A DNA stretch of 64,000 bases from Clostridia bacterium (lineage in GTDB: Bacteria > Bacillota > Clostridia > Christensenellales > CAG-138): assembly GCA_017541305.1 (NCBI GenBank), contig JAFXZJ010000033.1, positions 25,978 to 89,977 of the forward strand. Direction: 5' to 3'. The position numbers and the translations under genes were made by a program. The stretch's first letter is position 1, and each line of letters begins with the position of its first letter. Of this stretch, positions 52,386 to 61,250 are shown piece after piece. Under the pieces are notes generated by a model. That model had not been told where the DNA came from and did not search any database. It saw nothing but the letters and a program-made list of their open reading frames with translations.

Positions 52386-53087
52386 TCAGGAGATCACAGT
52401 TCCCACGTTTTCACCCTCACAGGCGCGAACAAATGCGGAGTCGTCCTCCATAGAGAACACGACTATGCGCATATTCGTATCGCGGCAAAGGGTTATCGCG
52501 GTGAGATCGGTGGCTCTGAGCTGACGTTCGATGACTTCGTCATACGTTAAAGTATCGTATTTTACAGCGGCGGGGTCCTTCTTGGGATCCGCGGAATACA
52601 CGCCGTCGATGTTCTTGGCAAGCAGCAGCGCGTCGGCGTGGATCTGTGCCGCGCGCAGCGCCGCGGCGGTATCGGTGGAAAAGAACGGAAGCCCCGAGCC
52701 GCAGGCGAATATGACCACCTCGCCGTTGTCGAGCGCGGAATTGGCAAGCCTTGCGGAATAGGTGTCCATGAAGAGCTCGATCTCAACAGCCGAAAGCACC
52801 CTCACGGGAACGCCTGCATCTATAAGGCCCTGTTCAAGGCTCATTGCGTTTATGGCAGTTGCAAGCATGCCTATCGCATCCGCCCTGTTCCTGTCCATGG
52901 AGCCGGAATCGCGCCCGCGCATGATGTTGCCGCCCCCGCACACGACGCCAACCTGAACGCCCGCGTCATAAAGCGACTTGATGTGCTTTGCCGCCTCGGC
53001 AACCTTTGCGGGATCGACGGGAGCCTTGTCGCTGCCGAGCACTTCGCCGCTCATCTTCAAAAGAACACGCTTGTATTTGAGTTCCAT
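52386..53087 (-). CDS. pyrH: UMP kinase
   Basis: YKRVLLKMSGE N-terminus, GGGNIMRG and TTDTAAALRA-like motifs. Confidence 0.95.
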   Translation of the reverse strand: MELKYKRVLLKMSGEVLGSDKAPVDPAKVAEAAKHIKSLYDAGVQVGVVCGGGNIMRGRDSGSMDRNRADAIGMLATAINAMSLEQGLIDAGVPVRVLSAVEIELFMDTYSARLANSALDNGEVVIFACGSGLPFFSTDTAAALRAAQIHADALLLAKNIDGVYSADPKKDPAAVKYDTLTYDEVIERQLRATDLTAITLCRDTNMRIVVFSMEDDSAFVRACEGENVGTVIS

Positions 53088-53314
53088 ATTGAACCTCCGA
53101 ATCGTTATTTCGGCTATTATACCACAAATCCTTATGGATTGGAACAGCTTTTGTCAACTCGTCAAAAAACCGGCTCATTCAAAATATATCGGTCAAAACG
53201 GTTCGATTTTTTAATTCTTCTCTTTACAAATAAATGTGATTATGTTATTATGTTAATTGGTGTGTATATGCGCCTGAATTTGAAACTATAACCGTTAGGG
53301 GGATAAACCGAATT

Positions 53315-55390
53315 ATGAAGAATTACACTGCTGACGCTATTCGCAACGTCTGTGTCCTGGGTCACGGCGGCGAAGGCAAGACCACCCTCACCGAGGCTAT
53401 GCTCTTTAATGCCGGCCTGCTCGATCGTATGGGCCGCGTTGAGGATGGCACCACCACCACCGACTATGACGCCGAAGAGACCAAGAGGCATATTTCCATT
53501 GCTACCGCTCTTGCTCCCTTTGAGTGGAAGAACACCAAGGTCAATCTGATCGACGCCCCCGGCTTCTTCGATTTCTACGGCGAAGTTTACGAGGCTATGG
53601 CCCTTGCCGATTCCGCCATCATTCTCTGCAGCGCCGTTTCCGGTCCCGTCGTTGGCACCGAAAAGGCCATGACCATGTGCAAGAAGGCCGAGATGCCCCG
53701 CATGCTCGTCATCAACCAGATGGACAAGGAAAACGCCAACTTTGAAAAGACCATGGAGGCCATTACCGAAAAGTTCGGCATTTCCGTCGCTCCCATTCAG
53801 CTCCCCATCGTTGAGAAGGGCGCCTTCGTAGGTTACGTTGATCTTGTCAATATGACCGCCAAGATGTTCGACGGCAAGAACGAGAAGGAAGTTCCCGTTC
53901 CCGCCAACCTCCAGGCCGAGGCCGAGAAGCTCCGTGAATCCCTCATGGAAGCCGCCGCCGAAACCGACGAAGAGCTCATGATGACCTATCTCGACGAGAT
54001 GGAGCTTTCCCATGACGATCTCGTCAAGGGCATCAACATCGGCGTTCTTTCCGGTATGCTCACTCCCGTCGCATGCTGTTGCGCCGCTCCCAATATCGGC
54101 GTCACCACTCTGATGGACAACATCGTCAAGCTCATGCCCACTGCGAATATGTGCAAGGCCCGTCCCGCTGTCAACGCCAAGACCGGCGAACCCTTCGAGG
54201 TAAAGATGGGCGGTAAGCTTGCCGCGCAGGTTATGAAGACCGTTGCCGACCCCTTTGTCGGTAAGATCTCCATATTCAAGGTTTACAGCGGCTCGATTTC
54301 CGCCGAGGTATCCCCCTATAACGCCAATGCCGAGAAGACCGAGAAGAGCGGCAACGTGTTCATGATGCGCGGCTCCAAGACCATCCCCGTCGACGCGATC
54401 GTTGAAGGCGATATCGGCGCCATGGCCAAGCTGCAGTTCACCAACACCGGCGACACCCTTACCGACGCCGCCGATCCCGTGAAGTTCGCTCCCATCGATT
54501 TCCCCCAGCCCTGCATCAGCCTTGCCGTCACCGCCAAGAAGTCCGGTGAAGAAGATAAGGTATTCGCCGGCCTCAACCGTCTTACCGAGGAAGATCCCAC
54601 CATGCGCATCGAGCGCAATGCAGAGACTGGCGACGTGCTCATCTGCGGCCTCGGTGAAATGCATATCGACGTCATCTGCGCAAAGCTCCGCAACAAGTTC
54701 AAGGTAGAAGCGGCTCTCTCCGATCCCCGCATCCCCTACCGTGAGACCATCCGTGCCACCGCTTCCGCCGAAGGTAAGCATAAGAAGCAGTCCGGCGGCG
54801 CAGGTCAGTTCGGTGTTGTACAGATCAAGTTCGAGCCGCTCGCCGAGGGCGATTTCGAATTCGTTGACGCTATCGTAGGCGGCGTTGTTCCCAACCAGTT
54901 CATCCCCGCTGTTGAAAAGGGTCTTGTCGAGGCCATGAAAAAGGGCGTTCTTGCCGGCTATCCCATGATCGGCGTCAAGGCCACCCTGTATGACGGCAAG
55001 TACCATCCCGTTGATTCCAAGGAAGTCGCGTTCAAGTCCGCAGCCCGCCTCTCTTACAAGGCCGCCTGCGCCAAGGCTTCCCCTGTGCTCATCGAGCCGA
55101 TCTACCGCTATGACATCCAGGTCCCCATGGATTACATGGGCGATATCATGGGCGATATCAGCCGCCGCCGCGGCCGTCTTATCGGCTCCAATCCTCTTTC
55201 CGACGGTCAGACCGAAGTCATCGCCGAAGCTCCTCTTTCCGAGATGTTCAAGTATGCGACCGACCTTCGTTCCATGACTCAGGGCCGCGGTTCCTTCCGC
55301 AGTGAGTTCGTCCGCTATGAGGACGTTCCCGCCAACGTCGCTCAGAAGATCATCGAGAGCGCGAAGAAGGAAGAGGACGAAGAAGAGTAA
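53315..55390 (+). CDS. elongation factor G paralog (EF-G2-like) with atypical G-domain motifs
   Basis: 691 aa, collinear with EF-G domains I-V. G1 GHGGEGKTT, G3 DAPGFF, G4 NQMD. Strong C/T-ending codon bias. Confidence 0.9.
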   Translation: MKNYTADAIRNVCVLGHGGEGKTTLTEAMLFNAGLLDRMGRVEDGTTTTDYDAEETKRHISIATALAPFEWKNTKVNLIDAPGFFDFYGEVYEAMALADSAIILCSAVSGPVVGTEKAMTMCKKAEMPRMLVINQMDKENANFEKTMEAITEKFGISVAPIQLPIVEKGAFVGYVDLVNMTAKMFDGKNEKEVPVPANLQAEAEKLRESLMEAAAETDEELMMTYLDEMELSHDDLVKGINIGVLSGMLTPVACCCAAPNIGVTTLMDNIVKLMPTANMCKARPAVNAKTGEPFEVKMGGKLAAQVMKTVADPFVGKISIFKVYSGSISAEVSPYNANAEKTEKSGNVFMMRGSKTIPVDAIVEGDIGAMAKLQFTNTGDTLTDAADPVKFAPIDFPQPCISLAVTAKKSGEEDKVFAGLNRLTEEDPTMRIERNAETGDVLICGLGEMHIDVICAKLRNKFKVEAALSDPRIPYRETIRATASAEGKHKKQSGGAGQFGVVQIKFEPLAEGDFEFVDAIVGGVVPNQFIPAVEKGLVEAMKKGVLAGYPMIGVKATLYDGKYHPVDSKEVAFKSAARLSYKAACAKASPVLIEPIYRYDIQVPMDYMGDIMGDISRRRGRLIGSNPLSDGQTEVIAEAPLSEMFKYATDLRSMTQGRGSFRSEFVRYEDVPANVAQKIIESAKKEEDEEE

Positions 55391-55407
55391 TCCTTATACG
55401 GTATTTG

Positions 55408-55436
55408 AAAGGGCAGCCCGATCCGGGCTGCCCTTT
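55408..55436. terminator. bidirectional terminator
   Basis: AAA-GGGCAGCCCG/CGGGCTGCCC-TTT between convergent genes. Confidence 0.7.
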
Positions 55437-55468
55437 GATCATATCCGATTCAGATTGATCTGTATTTT

Positions 55469-56665
55469 TTAAGTATCTTCCTGCGATACGAATTCCCTGT
55501 CGAAGTCTATGACTGCAAAGTAACGGCCGTCTGTCTTTTTCGAGAGCGCTTCATTCACCGCTTTGGAGATGTCTTCAAACGACTTTTCGCACTTATAAGG
55601 CACAACCACGTCGAATATGAGGTTCGTATGCGTTGGACCCGTAACTACTCTGAAATCGTGAAGCTTGAGATCTGATGAAACGGATGACAGTATCTCGGTC
55701 ATTTCGGCCTTGAGCCTTATCACGTTCTCATCGTTCGACTGGACCGGATCCATGTGCACTACCGCTTCGCAGTTGAATCTATGCTTCAATTCGCGTTCGA
55801 TATTGTCTATCATGTCGTGAAGCTCCAGCACGTTGCCTTCGGAAGGCACTTCGGCGTGCAGGCTCATAATCATGCGTCCCGGGCCGTAATCATGCACCAT
55901 AAGATCGTGTATGCCCAACACGCCCTCGTGCGCGGTAACGACGGCCTCGATCTCGTCAACGAGTTCCTTTGTTGGAGGCTGACCCAGGAGCGGGCTTATG
56001 GTCTCTTTGGCCGCCGAGAATCCCGAATACAGCACGAAGAGAGATACTATTGCGCCGCCCCAACCGTCGACGTGCAGATCGCAGAACCTGCTTAAAAACA
56101 GCGTCAGCAGTGCGACGCCCGTTGCTATGCAATCGGTGAGAGAATCTGTCGCCGTGGCCTTCATGGCAACGGAATCGATCTTCTTTGCCGTGCGTCTGTT
56201 ATAAAAGAACATATAGGCTTTGACGAGTATCGAAGTTGTCAGTATGCCGACTCCCAGCCATGAGAACTCCGAGGGTTCCGGCTTGATGATCCTTTCGACC
56301 GAGGAAATCATGAGCTCCGCGCCCATGAGTATTATTACCATCGCGACAATAAGACCCGATATGTACTCGATCCTGCCGTGACCGTAAGGATGCTCGGGAT
56401 CGGGTTTTGCGCCCGCAAGCCTGAAGCCTATAAGCGTAACGACCGAGCTTCCCGCGTCGGAAAGGTTGTTGAAAGCGTCCGCCGTCACGGAAACCGACGA
56501 AGCGAGCGTTCCGGCTATAAATTTGCCTATGAACAGCAGTACGTTTAAGAAAATGCCCACAGCGCCGCACAAAACGCCGTATGCGCGCCTTACCGCTGGA
56601 TCGGCATATTCCTCATGTCTTTTTATGAACAGCTTTGAAAGCAGCGTGATCAAACCATACACCAC
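55469..56665 (-). CDS. cation diffusion facilitator family transporter
   Basis: Six N-terminal TM helices with AFNNLSD and DSLTD metal-site motifs, plus a C-terminal cytoplasmic domain. GTG start with a weak SD. Confidence 0.85.
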   Translation of the reverse strand: MVYGLITLLSKLFIKRHEEYADPAVRRAYGVLCGAVGIFLNVLLFIGKFIAGTLASSVSVTADAFNNLSDAGSSVVTLIGFRLAGAKPDPEHPYGHGRIEYISGLIVAMVIILMGAELMISSVERIIKPEPSEFSWLGVGILTTSILVKAYMFFYNRRTAKKIDSVAMKATATDSLTDCIATGVALLTLFLSRFCDLHVDGWGGAIVSLFVLYSGFSAAKETISPLLGQPPTKELVDEIEAVVTAHEGVLGIHDLMVHDYGPGRMIMSLHAEVPSEGNVLELHDMIDNIERELKHRFNCEAVVHMDPVQSNDENVIRLKAEMTEILSSVSSDLKLHDFRVVTGPTHTNLIFDVVVPYKCEKSFEDISKAVNEALSKKTDGRYFAVIDFDREFVSQEDT

Positions 56666-56773
56666 CTTGATCGGAATGCATTCATTATAAGCCTTTTCAT
56701 CGCTCTGTTCAAGTATATGAAAGCAGCAGAGAATATTCCATAGCTGCGCTTCACAATATATTTAAAAAAAGGC

Positions 56774-56802
56774 TTGCTTTTTTCTTCCGACAGTCGTATA
56801 AT
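56774..56802 (+). promoter_or_regulatory. sigma-70-like promoter of tRNA-Asn
   Basis: TTGCTT, 17-nt spacer, TATAAT, ending about 20 nt upstream of the tRNA 5' end. Confidence 0.5.
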
Positions 56803-56823
56803 ACCAATCGTTGAAAAGAACAT

Positions 56824-56899
56824 TCCTCCTTAGCTCAGTCGGTAGAGCATGCGGCTGTTAACCGCAGTGTCGTTGGTTCGAGTCCAACAGGGGGAGCCA
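56824..56899 (+). tRNA. tRNA-Asn (anticodon GUU), CCA encoded
   Basis: Hand-folded cloverleaf. Acceptor TCCTCCT/AGGGGGA, D stem GCTC/GAGC, anticodon stem TGCGG/CCGCA with loop CTGTTAA, T stem GTTGG/CCAAC with loop TTCGAGT. 76 nt. Confidence 0.95.
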
Positions 56900-56905
56900 T
56901 CGAAA

Positions 56906-56941
56906 ACGCCTCTTTTGTCTGTCGGCAAAGAGGCGTTTTTG
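56906..56941 (+). terminator. rho-independent terminator after tRNA-Asn
   Basis: 10-bp stem ACGCCTCTTT/AAAGAGGCGT followed by TTTTTG. Confidence 0.75.
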
Positions 56942-57020
56942 AATGATTTTGTACTGTCGCGCAAATGAGTAAAGCATCACGTCATTGCGCTGATCGGATT
57001 TATGAAAGAAGAGGAATCAA

Positions 57021-57548
57021 ATGATCCTATACCATACAGGCGATAAGGAGATCAGAAACCCCGATATTCATTACGGCAGAAAGAACGCAGACTTCGGATG
57101 GGGCTTTTACCTGACCCCCGATCGGGAATTTACTTATAGATGGGCTAAGGAAAACGCTGTTGTAAATGAATATGAACTCGATGAATCCGAGCTGAGTATT
57201 CATACTTTTACGCGTGACGCCGGCTGGTTTCAGTACATATTCGACAATCGAAGAAACAGGGATGGCTTGGCCGCAGACGTAATTGTTGGCCCAATAGCCA
57301 ACGATACGATCTTTGACACATTTGGCGTCATAAGCAGCGGATATTTGAAACCGGAGGACGCGGTAAAGCTGCTCATGATCGGACCGGAGTATACGCAGGT
57401 TGCCGTGAAGACTGAGAAGGCAATTAAACAGCTTCGTTTTATCCGATCGGAAAGGATCAAAAGGATCGCCGATGACGCATTGCGGATGGAACAGGAGGCT
57501 TATCAAGAATCATTCGCGCAGGTACTTGAAAGTATCATAGATCGGTGA
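57021..57548 (+). CDS. DUF3990-like protein
   Basis: N-terminus MILYHTGDKEI...DFGWGFYLT matches my recollection of the DUF3990 family signature. 175 aa. Confidence 0.7.
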   Translation: MILYHTGDKEIRNPDIHYGRKNADFGWGFYLTPDREFTYRWAKENAVVNEYELDESELSIHTFTRDAGWFQYIFDNRRNRDGLAADVIVGPIANDTIFDTFGVISSGYLKPEDAVKLLMIGPEYTQVAVKTEKAIKQLRFIRSERIKRIADDALRMEQEAYQESFAQVLESIIDR

Positions 57549-57603
57549 TCCGGGATAATCTTTCACAGAAAAACCGCCGGCTGAAAAGCAAGCGGTTTTT
57601 TCT

Positions 57604-58164
57604 TTATTTGGTTTCCGTTATAAGCCTTAACGCTTTCTCCATTATCCCGTCGGCGTCCGCTCCATCAATATCCAGACCGTCCGCCTTTATCAGCTCAACG
57701 GCCTTTATTCCGTAAAAGTTTTCAGCCAGTGCCTTTACGTAACCGAAACCGAATTCGAGCGGAACAAAGCTCCCGCCCGCAGTGGTCACGTAATAAAGCT
57801 TATTCGCCCTGCACAGCCCTATCGGAAATCCGTCCGGTGAATACTCGAAGGTCACGCCCAATACGTTGATCTGTTCAAAGAATTGCTTGAGCTTTGCGGG
57901 GAACGAAAGATCCCAATACGGCGCGGCGATAACTATGGCGTCGGCAGAGGCGAACAGACGGGCGTATTCAAAAAGATCGTCATCGAATATCTTTTTTGCT
58001 ATAAGCATATCCCTGCGTTTCAGAAAAGCTTCATCTGCTTCGGGAAAGCTTATGCTCTCAAGGCGAAGCTCGTGCGTTTTTTCGCCGAGCCTGGATATCA
58101 GCGCGTCGGCAAGGCGCTTCGTCCTGGAACCCTCCCTAACGCAGGCGTTAACATACAAGATCAT
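57604..58164 (-). CDS. flavodoxin-like fold NAD(P)H-dependent oxidoreductase
   Basis: MILYVNACVREGSRT N-terminus and APYWDLSFPAKLK motif typical of the FMN-dependent NAD(P)H oxidoreductase / azoreductase-like family. SD AAGGAG lies within the end of the upstream gene. Confidence 0.75.
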   Translation of the reverse strand: MILYVNACVREGSRTKRLADALISRLGEKTHELRLESISFPEADEAFLKRRDMLIAKKIFDDDLFEYARLFASADAIVIAAPYWDLSFPAKLKQFFEQINVLGVTFEYSPDGFPIGLCRANKLYYVTTAGGSFVPLEFGFGYVKALAENFYGIKAVELIKADGLDIDGADADGIMEKALRLITETK

Positions 58165-58177
58165 TTCGATACGCTCC

Positions 58178-59683
58178 TTAAAGGAATTCCACTATACCGC
58201 TGTCGATATGATAAACCGCTCCGCGGACCTTGACGTCTTCTCTTTTTTCCGTAATGAGTTTTTCGAAAATCCTTTTGACTCCATATCGCACGTTCTTTAC
58301 ACACGCGGCGTATTCGTCTCTTTCATCGCCTATCGCCTCGCGGATACCGTGTATGATGCTTCCGGCAAATCCCTCCGCATGGCCCTCCATGGCCGCGCCT
58401 ATCGCGCCGCATCGCGTATGCCCCATTAAGACAACGAGCTTAGTCCCCAGATGGTCCAACGCATATTCGATGCTGCCCAGCTGGGGCAGATCTATCAAGC
58501 TGCCTGCGGTGCGAATAACGAACAGTTCCCCTATCCCCGCCGAGAAAATGCTCTCGGGTATCACGCGTGAATCGGAACACGTTATAATGACCGCATAAGG
58601 ATGCTGACCTTCATTGGCGGCTTTCATACGCAGCGCGTTTGAAACGTCGCCCTGCTGTTTTTCGGAAACGCAATAGATGAGATTGCCTTCTTTAAGCTTG
58701 ACTTCGGGATCGTTTGCCGATTCAATAAGCGCTTCGGCAGCAGCTTCGATATCCTCGTAATCGAGCTCCTCTTCCTCCCTTGCACAGCATTCGAATTCAT
58801 CGACTATGTTCTCGATCAGCACCATGTCGACAAACAAAGGTCTCAGATCGAGCATCAAATCCGGAACGGTCGTTTCCGATCTGTAACCGCTCAGGATCAT
58901 TTCAAAGCATTTTTCAAGATAAAGGTTCCTCTCCGTTGGATCCTTTATCCCCCTGCCCCATCCTTCAAGGTGCGTCCACAGATTATCAAGATCGAACATA
59001 TACCAGCAATACATGCAGTTATCAAAGTCAAAAACGGTGATATCGCCGGTTTCCATATCTATATGATAATTACCGTCGCTGTAATCGAAGTGGACAAGGC
59101 CGAACACGCTTTCATCTGTCGGCAGCATGCGGAATCGCTCGAGCCTGTCAAAAATCGCCGCCTTCAGCTCGGCGTATTCATCGGGTATGAGCGACCCGAT
59201 ATAGTCTTTATTGTATTTTTCAAAATAGGACGGGCGTTTATGCTGCGGCTTATAGCGCTTCGACAGCTCATGGATCCTACCCAGCGTCTTTCCGACGTTA
59301 TAAAAATACTCGTCCAAAGGCGCGCCTTCCCGATAACGGTATCCGTTGTCGCAGAGCAAAATGCCCTTGGCGTATTCAAACAGGCTTATGGTCACGGTCT
59401 CGTTATCAAGCTCGATGCGTTCGACGAGCTTGCCGTTTACTGAAGGCAGCACGTCGGCGGCGGGGGCTGCGTTATGCGCAAGATAATGAACGAATTCCGT
59501 TTCCGCAAGATAGTCCTCATACGATCTGTCGGGCAGGCAGGATATTCGCAGGATGCGATCCTTTACTCCGTTAAGCGAACAAACATAAATACGGTTCCTT
59601 CCTCCCTCATGCCCAAGGACCTCGTTGATATCATATCCTTCAAGAGCATACAGCCGAACGGCATTTTTCAATACAGCTTCCAA
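58178..59683 (-). CDS. fusion protein: APH/choline-kinase-like phosphotransferase domain plus beta-class carbonic anhydrase domain
   Basis: Kinase catalytic loop HFDYSDGN (aa 198-205) and metal-binding DFD (219-221). Acidic linker (aa ~301-325). Beta-CA zinc/dyad motifs CSDSR (369-373) and HTRCG (422-426). Confidence 0.8.
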   Translation of the reverse strand: MEAVLKNAVRLYALEGYDINEVLGHEGGRNRIYVCSLNGVKDRILRISCLPDRSYEDYLAETEFVHYLAHNAAPAADVLPSVNGKLVERIELDNETVTISLFEYAKGILLCDNGYRYREGAPLDEYFYNVGKTLGRIHELSKRYKPQHKRPSYFEKYNKDYIGSLIPDEYAELKAAIFDRLERFRMLPTDESVFGLVHFDYSDGNYHIDMETGDITVFDFDNCMYCWYMFDLDNLWTHLEGWGRGIKDPTERNLYLEKCFEMILSGYRSETTVPDLMLDLRPLFVDMVLIENIVDEFECCAREEEELDYEDIEAAAEALIESANDPEVKLKEGNLIYCVSEKQQGDVSNALRMKAANEGQHPYAVIITCSDSRVIPESIFSAGIGELFVIRTAGSLIDLPQLGSIEYALDHLGTKLVVLMGHTRCGAIGAAMEGHAEGFAGSIIHGIREAIGDERDEYAACVKNVRYGVKRIFEKLITEKREDVKVRGAVYHIDSGIVEFL

Positions 59684-59698
59684 TACGTACCTCCCTGA

Positions 59699-60457
59699 TC
59701 ATTTCAAATCAAACAATGCAGTGATAAGTTCGACGGCATAATCCATCTTATCGGGTTTAGAAAACCTGTGATCGGCGTCTTCCACCGCTTCAAAGTCGAT
59801 ACCGTTTTTATCGGCAAAGGCCTTTACTGAATCGATCGGCACCACTTCGTCCTTCGTTCCGTGCAGTATAAAAATATCGGAAGCAAATGCCGAGAAATCC
59901 CTTTCGGCAATGCTTTCTTCCCGAAGAGAATCCAAAAAAACTTTGTCGATCCTCACCTTGCGGTCAAACCCCGCGAGCACGGGCTTATTCTTTGAAAGCA
60001 GCTTACGGTCGTCATCCGATATCACGGTGCGCTGCATCACGCCGTACATATCGACTGCAGGGCAGCGCAGCGCGATTTTCGAAAACCTTTCCCCCGCCTC
60101 CAAAATGTATCTAAGTATCAGATATCCGCTGAAGCTTGTCATATAAGCGAAGAGTTCCGGAGAAGAAAATGCGCTTCGTATGTATTCGGTCATTACGCTG
60201 AAATATTTGCTGCAGTCCTCCAAACGGAGCGCTTTTCGCACGTCTTCGCCGTGACAAGGTAAGTCGAACGTGATGACGCCGCATCCCTTGTTCTTTGAAA
60301 GCACGTGTTTTGCGAATTTTTCCGCAGCTTTATTGTCCTTGTGGCCGCTGAAACCGTGACCGCAAAGCACAACCTTGCGAATATCTGACAAATCATTGTA
60401 ATACAGCTTGCTTCTTATGCTGCATCCATCGGAATTGACGGTATAATACTTTTCCAT
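59699..60457 (-). CDS. alpha/beta hydrolase fold protein
   Basis: VLCGHGFSGHK, ILHGTKDEVVP and DADHRF segments fit the fold and the Asp/His of a triad. The nucleophile elbow is non-canonical (TSFSGY). ATG at 60457 after GGAAGGGGA. Confidence 0.7.
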   Translation of the reverse strand: MEKYYTVNSDGCSIRSKLYYNDLSDIRKVVLCGHGFSGHKDNKAAEKFAKHVLSKNKGCGVITFDLPCHGEDVRKALRLEDCSKYFSVMTEYIRSAFSSPELFAYMTSFSGYLILRYILEAGERFSKIALRCPAVDMYGVMQRTVISDDDRKLLSKNKPVLAGFDRKVRIDKVFLDSLREESIAERDFSAFASDIFILHGTKDEVVPIDSVKAFADKNGIDFEAVEDADHRFSKPDKMDYAVELITALFDLK

Positions 60458-60474
60458 TCGTTCCCCTTCCTTTA

Positions 60475-61245
60475 TCAAGCAAAAGCCAACTCCGCCTCAA
60501 GCACGTCGGCATATGCCTGTACGACGGGTCCAAGCCCGCAAAGCCAGGCCTTGATATCCCCCCTGTTCTTATACTCAAGCGGCGATCTTCTTATTTCAAG
60601 CGTCTTTTTCAATACGGCTTCGTCGGGGAACAGGCCTTTCTTAAGTGCCCACTCCCCCGCCTGCGTTTTGGATATCACGCGGTTGTGCCTGAGTGTAAAG
60701 AGGCATCTTGCGATATCGAGCAGCCAACCGCAGGAATAAAGGCTTTCATCGGTATTCACCGCGCAGCGGCGTATCCCTTCATAATGCGCCCGAACGGCGT
60801 CGACAAGCTCGGACCTTGACGGAGGAACAAACAGCGACCGATCCGCATTGCCGAGCAGAAGTATTCCGGATTCGGAAAGCTCATACCTTGAAAACGCGTC
60901 GAGCGCGAATCTGTTCGTGATCCTCTGACCGGAAGTGCCCCAATAGACGAGCCCGGTGTATTCGCCCTTCTTAAACTCGCTTAAGCTCACGATCACGCCC
61001 TCAAAAAGACCGAAATACGGCTCCGATGGATACTGCGCCGAGAGCTTCTGACGAAGCGATACGAGCTCCTTCGCCTCGTCGTGCGTGATCTTCCCTTCCG
61101 CAAAAACAATAACGTCTATATCGCTCCAACCTAAGCGGAAATCGTCAAGAGCAACGCTGCCGTAAAGCCACGCGCTGTGCACCCCGTTATCAAGCACCGA
61201 GTTGATTTTTCGCATCAGTATTCTTATCGAATCGTTTATATCCAT
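60475..61245 (-). CDS. nucleotidyltransferase, aminoglycoside-adenylyltransferase-like (NTase domain plus helical C-domain)
   Basis: Pol-beta-type NTase motif YGSVALDDFRLGWSDIDV (G-S...D-x-D). 256 aa, similar in size and layout to the ANT(3'')/ANT(9) family. Confidence 0.75.
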   Translation of the reverse strand: MDINDSIRILMRKINSVLDNGVHSAWLYGSVALDDFRLGWSDIDVIVFAEGKITHDEAKELVSLRQKLSAQYPSEPYFGLFEGVIVSLSEFKKGEYTGLVYWGTSGQRITNRFALDAFSRYELSESGILLLGNADRSLFVPPSRSELVDAVRAHYEGIRRCAVNTDESLYSCGWLLDIARCLFTLRHNRVISKTQAGEWALKKGLFPDEAVLKKTLEIRRSPLEYKNRGDIKAWLCGLGPVVQAYADVLEAELAFA

Positions 61246-61250
61246 GCCTC

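Noticed and set aside
53240-55006. 588-codon ORF on the minus strand, antisense to the EF-G paralog
   Set aside because: The translation is G/A/V/D/L-rich low-information sequence with no start context or motifs. It lies in the codon-complementary frame of a gene with strong C/T-ending codon bias, which removes stop codons from that antisense frame. It is a shadow ORF.
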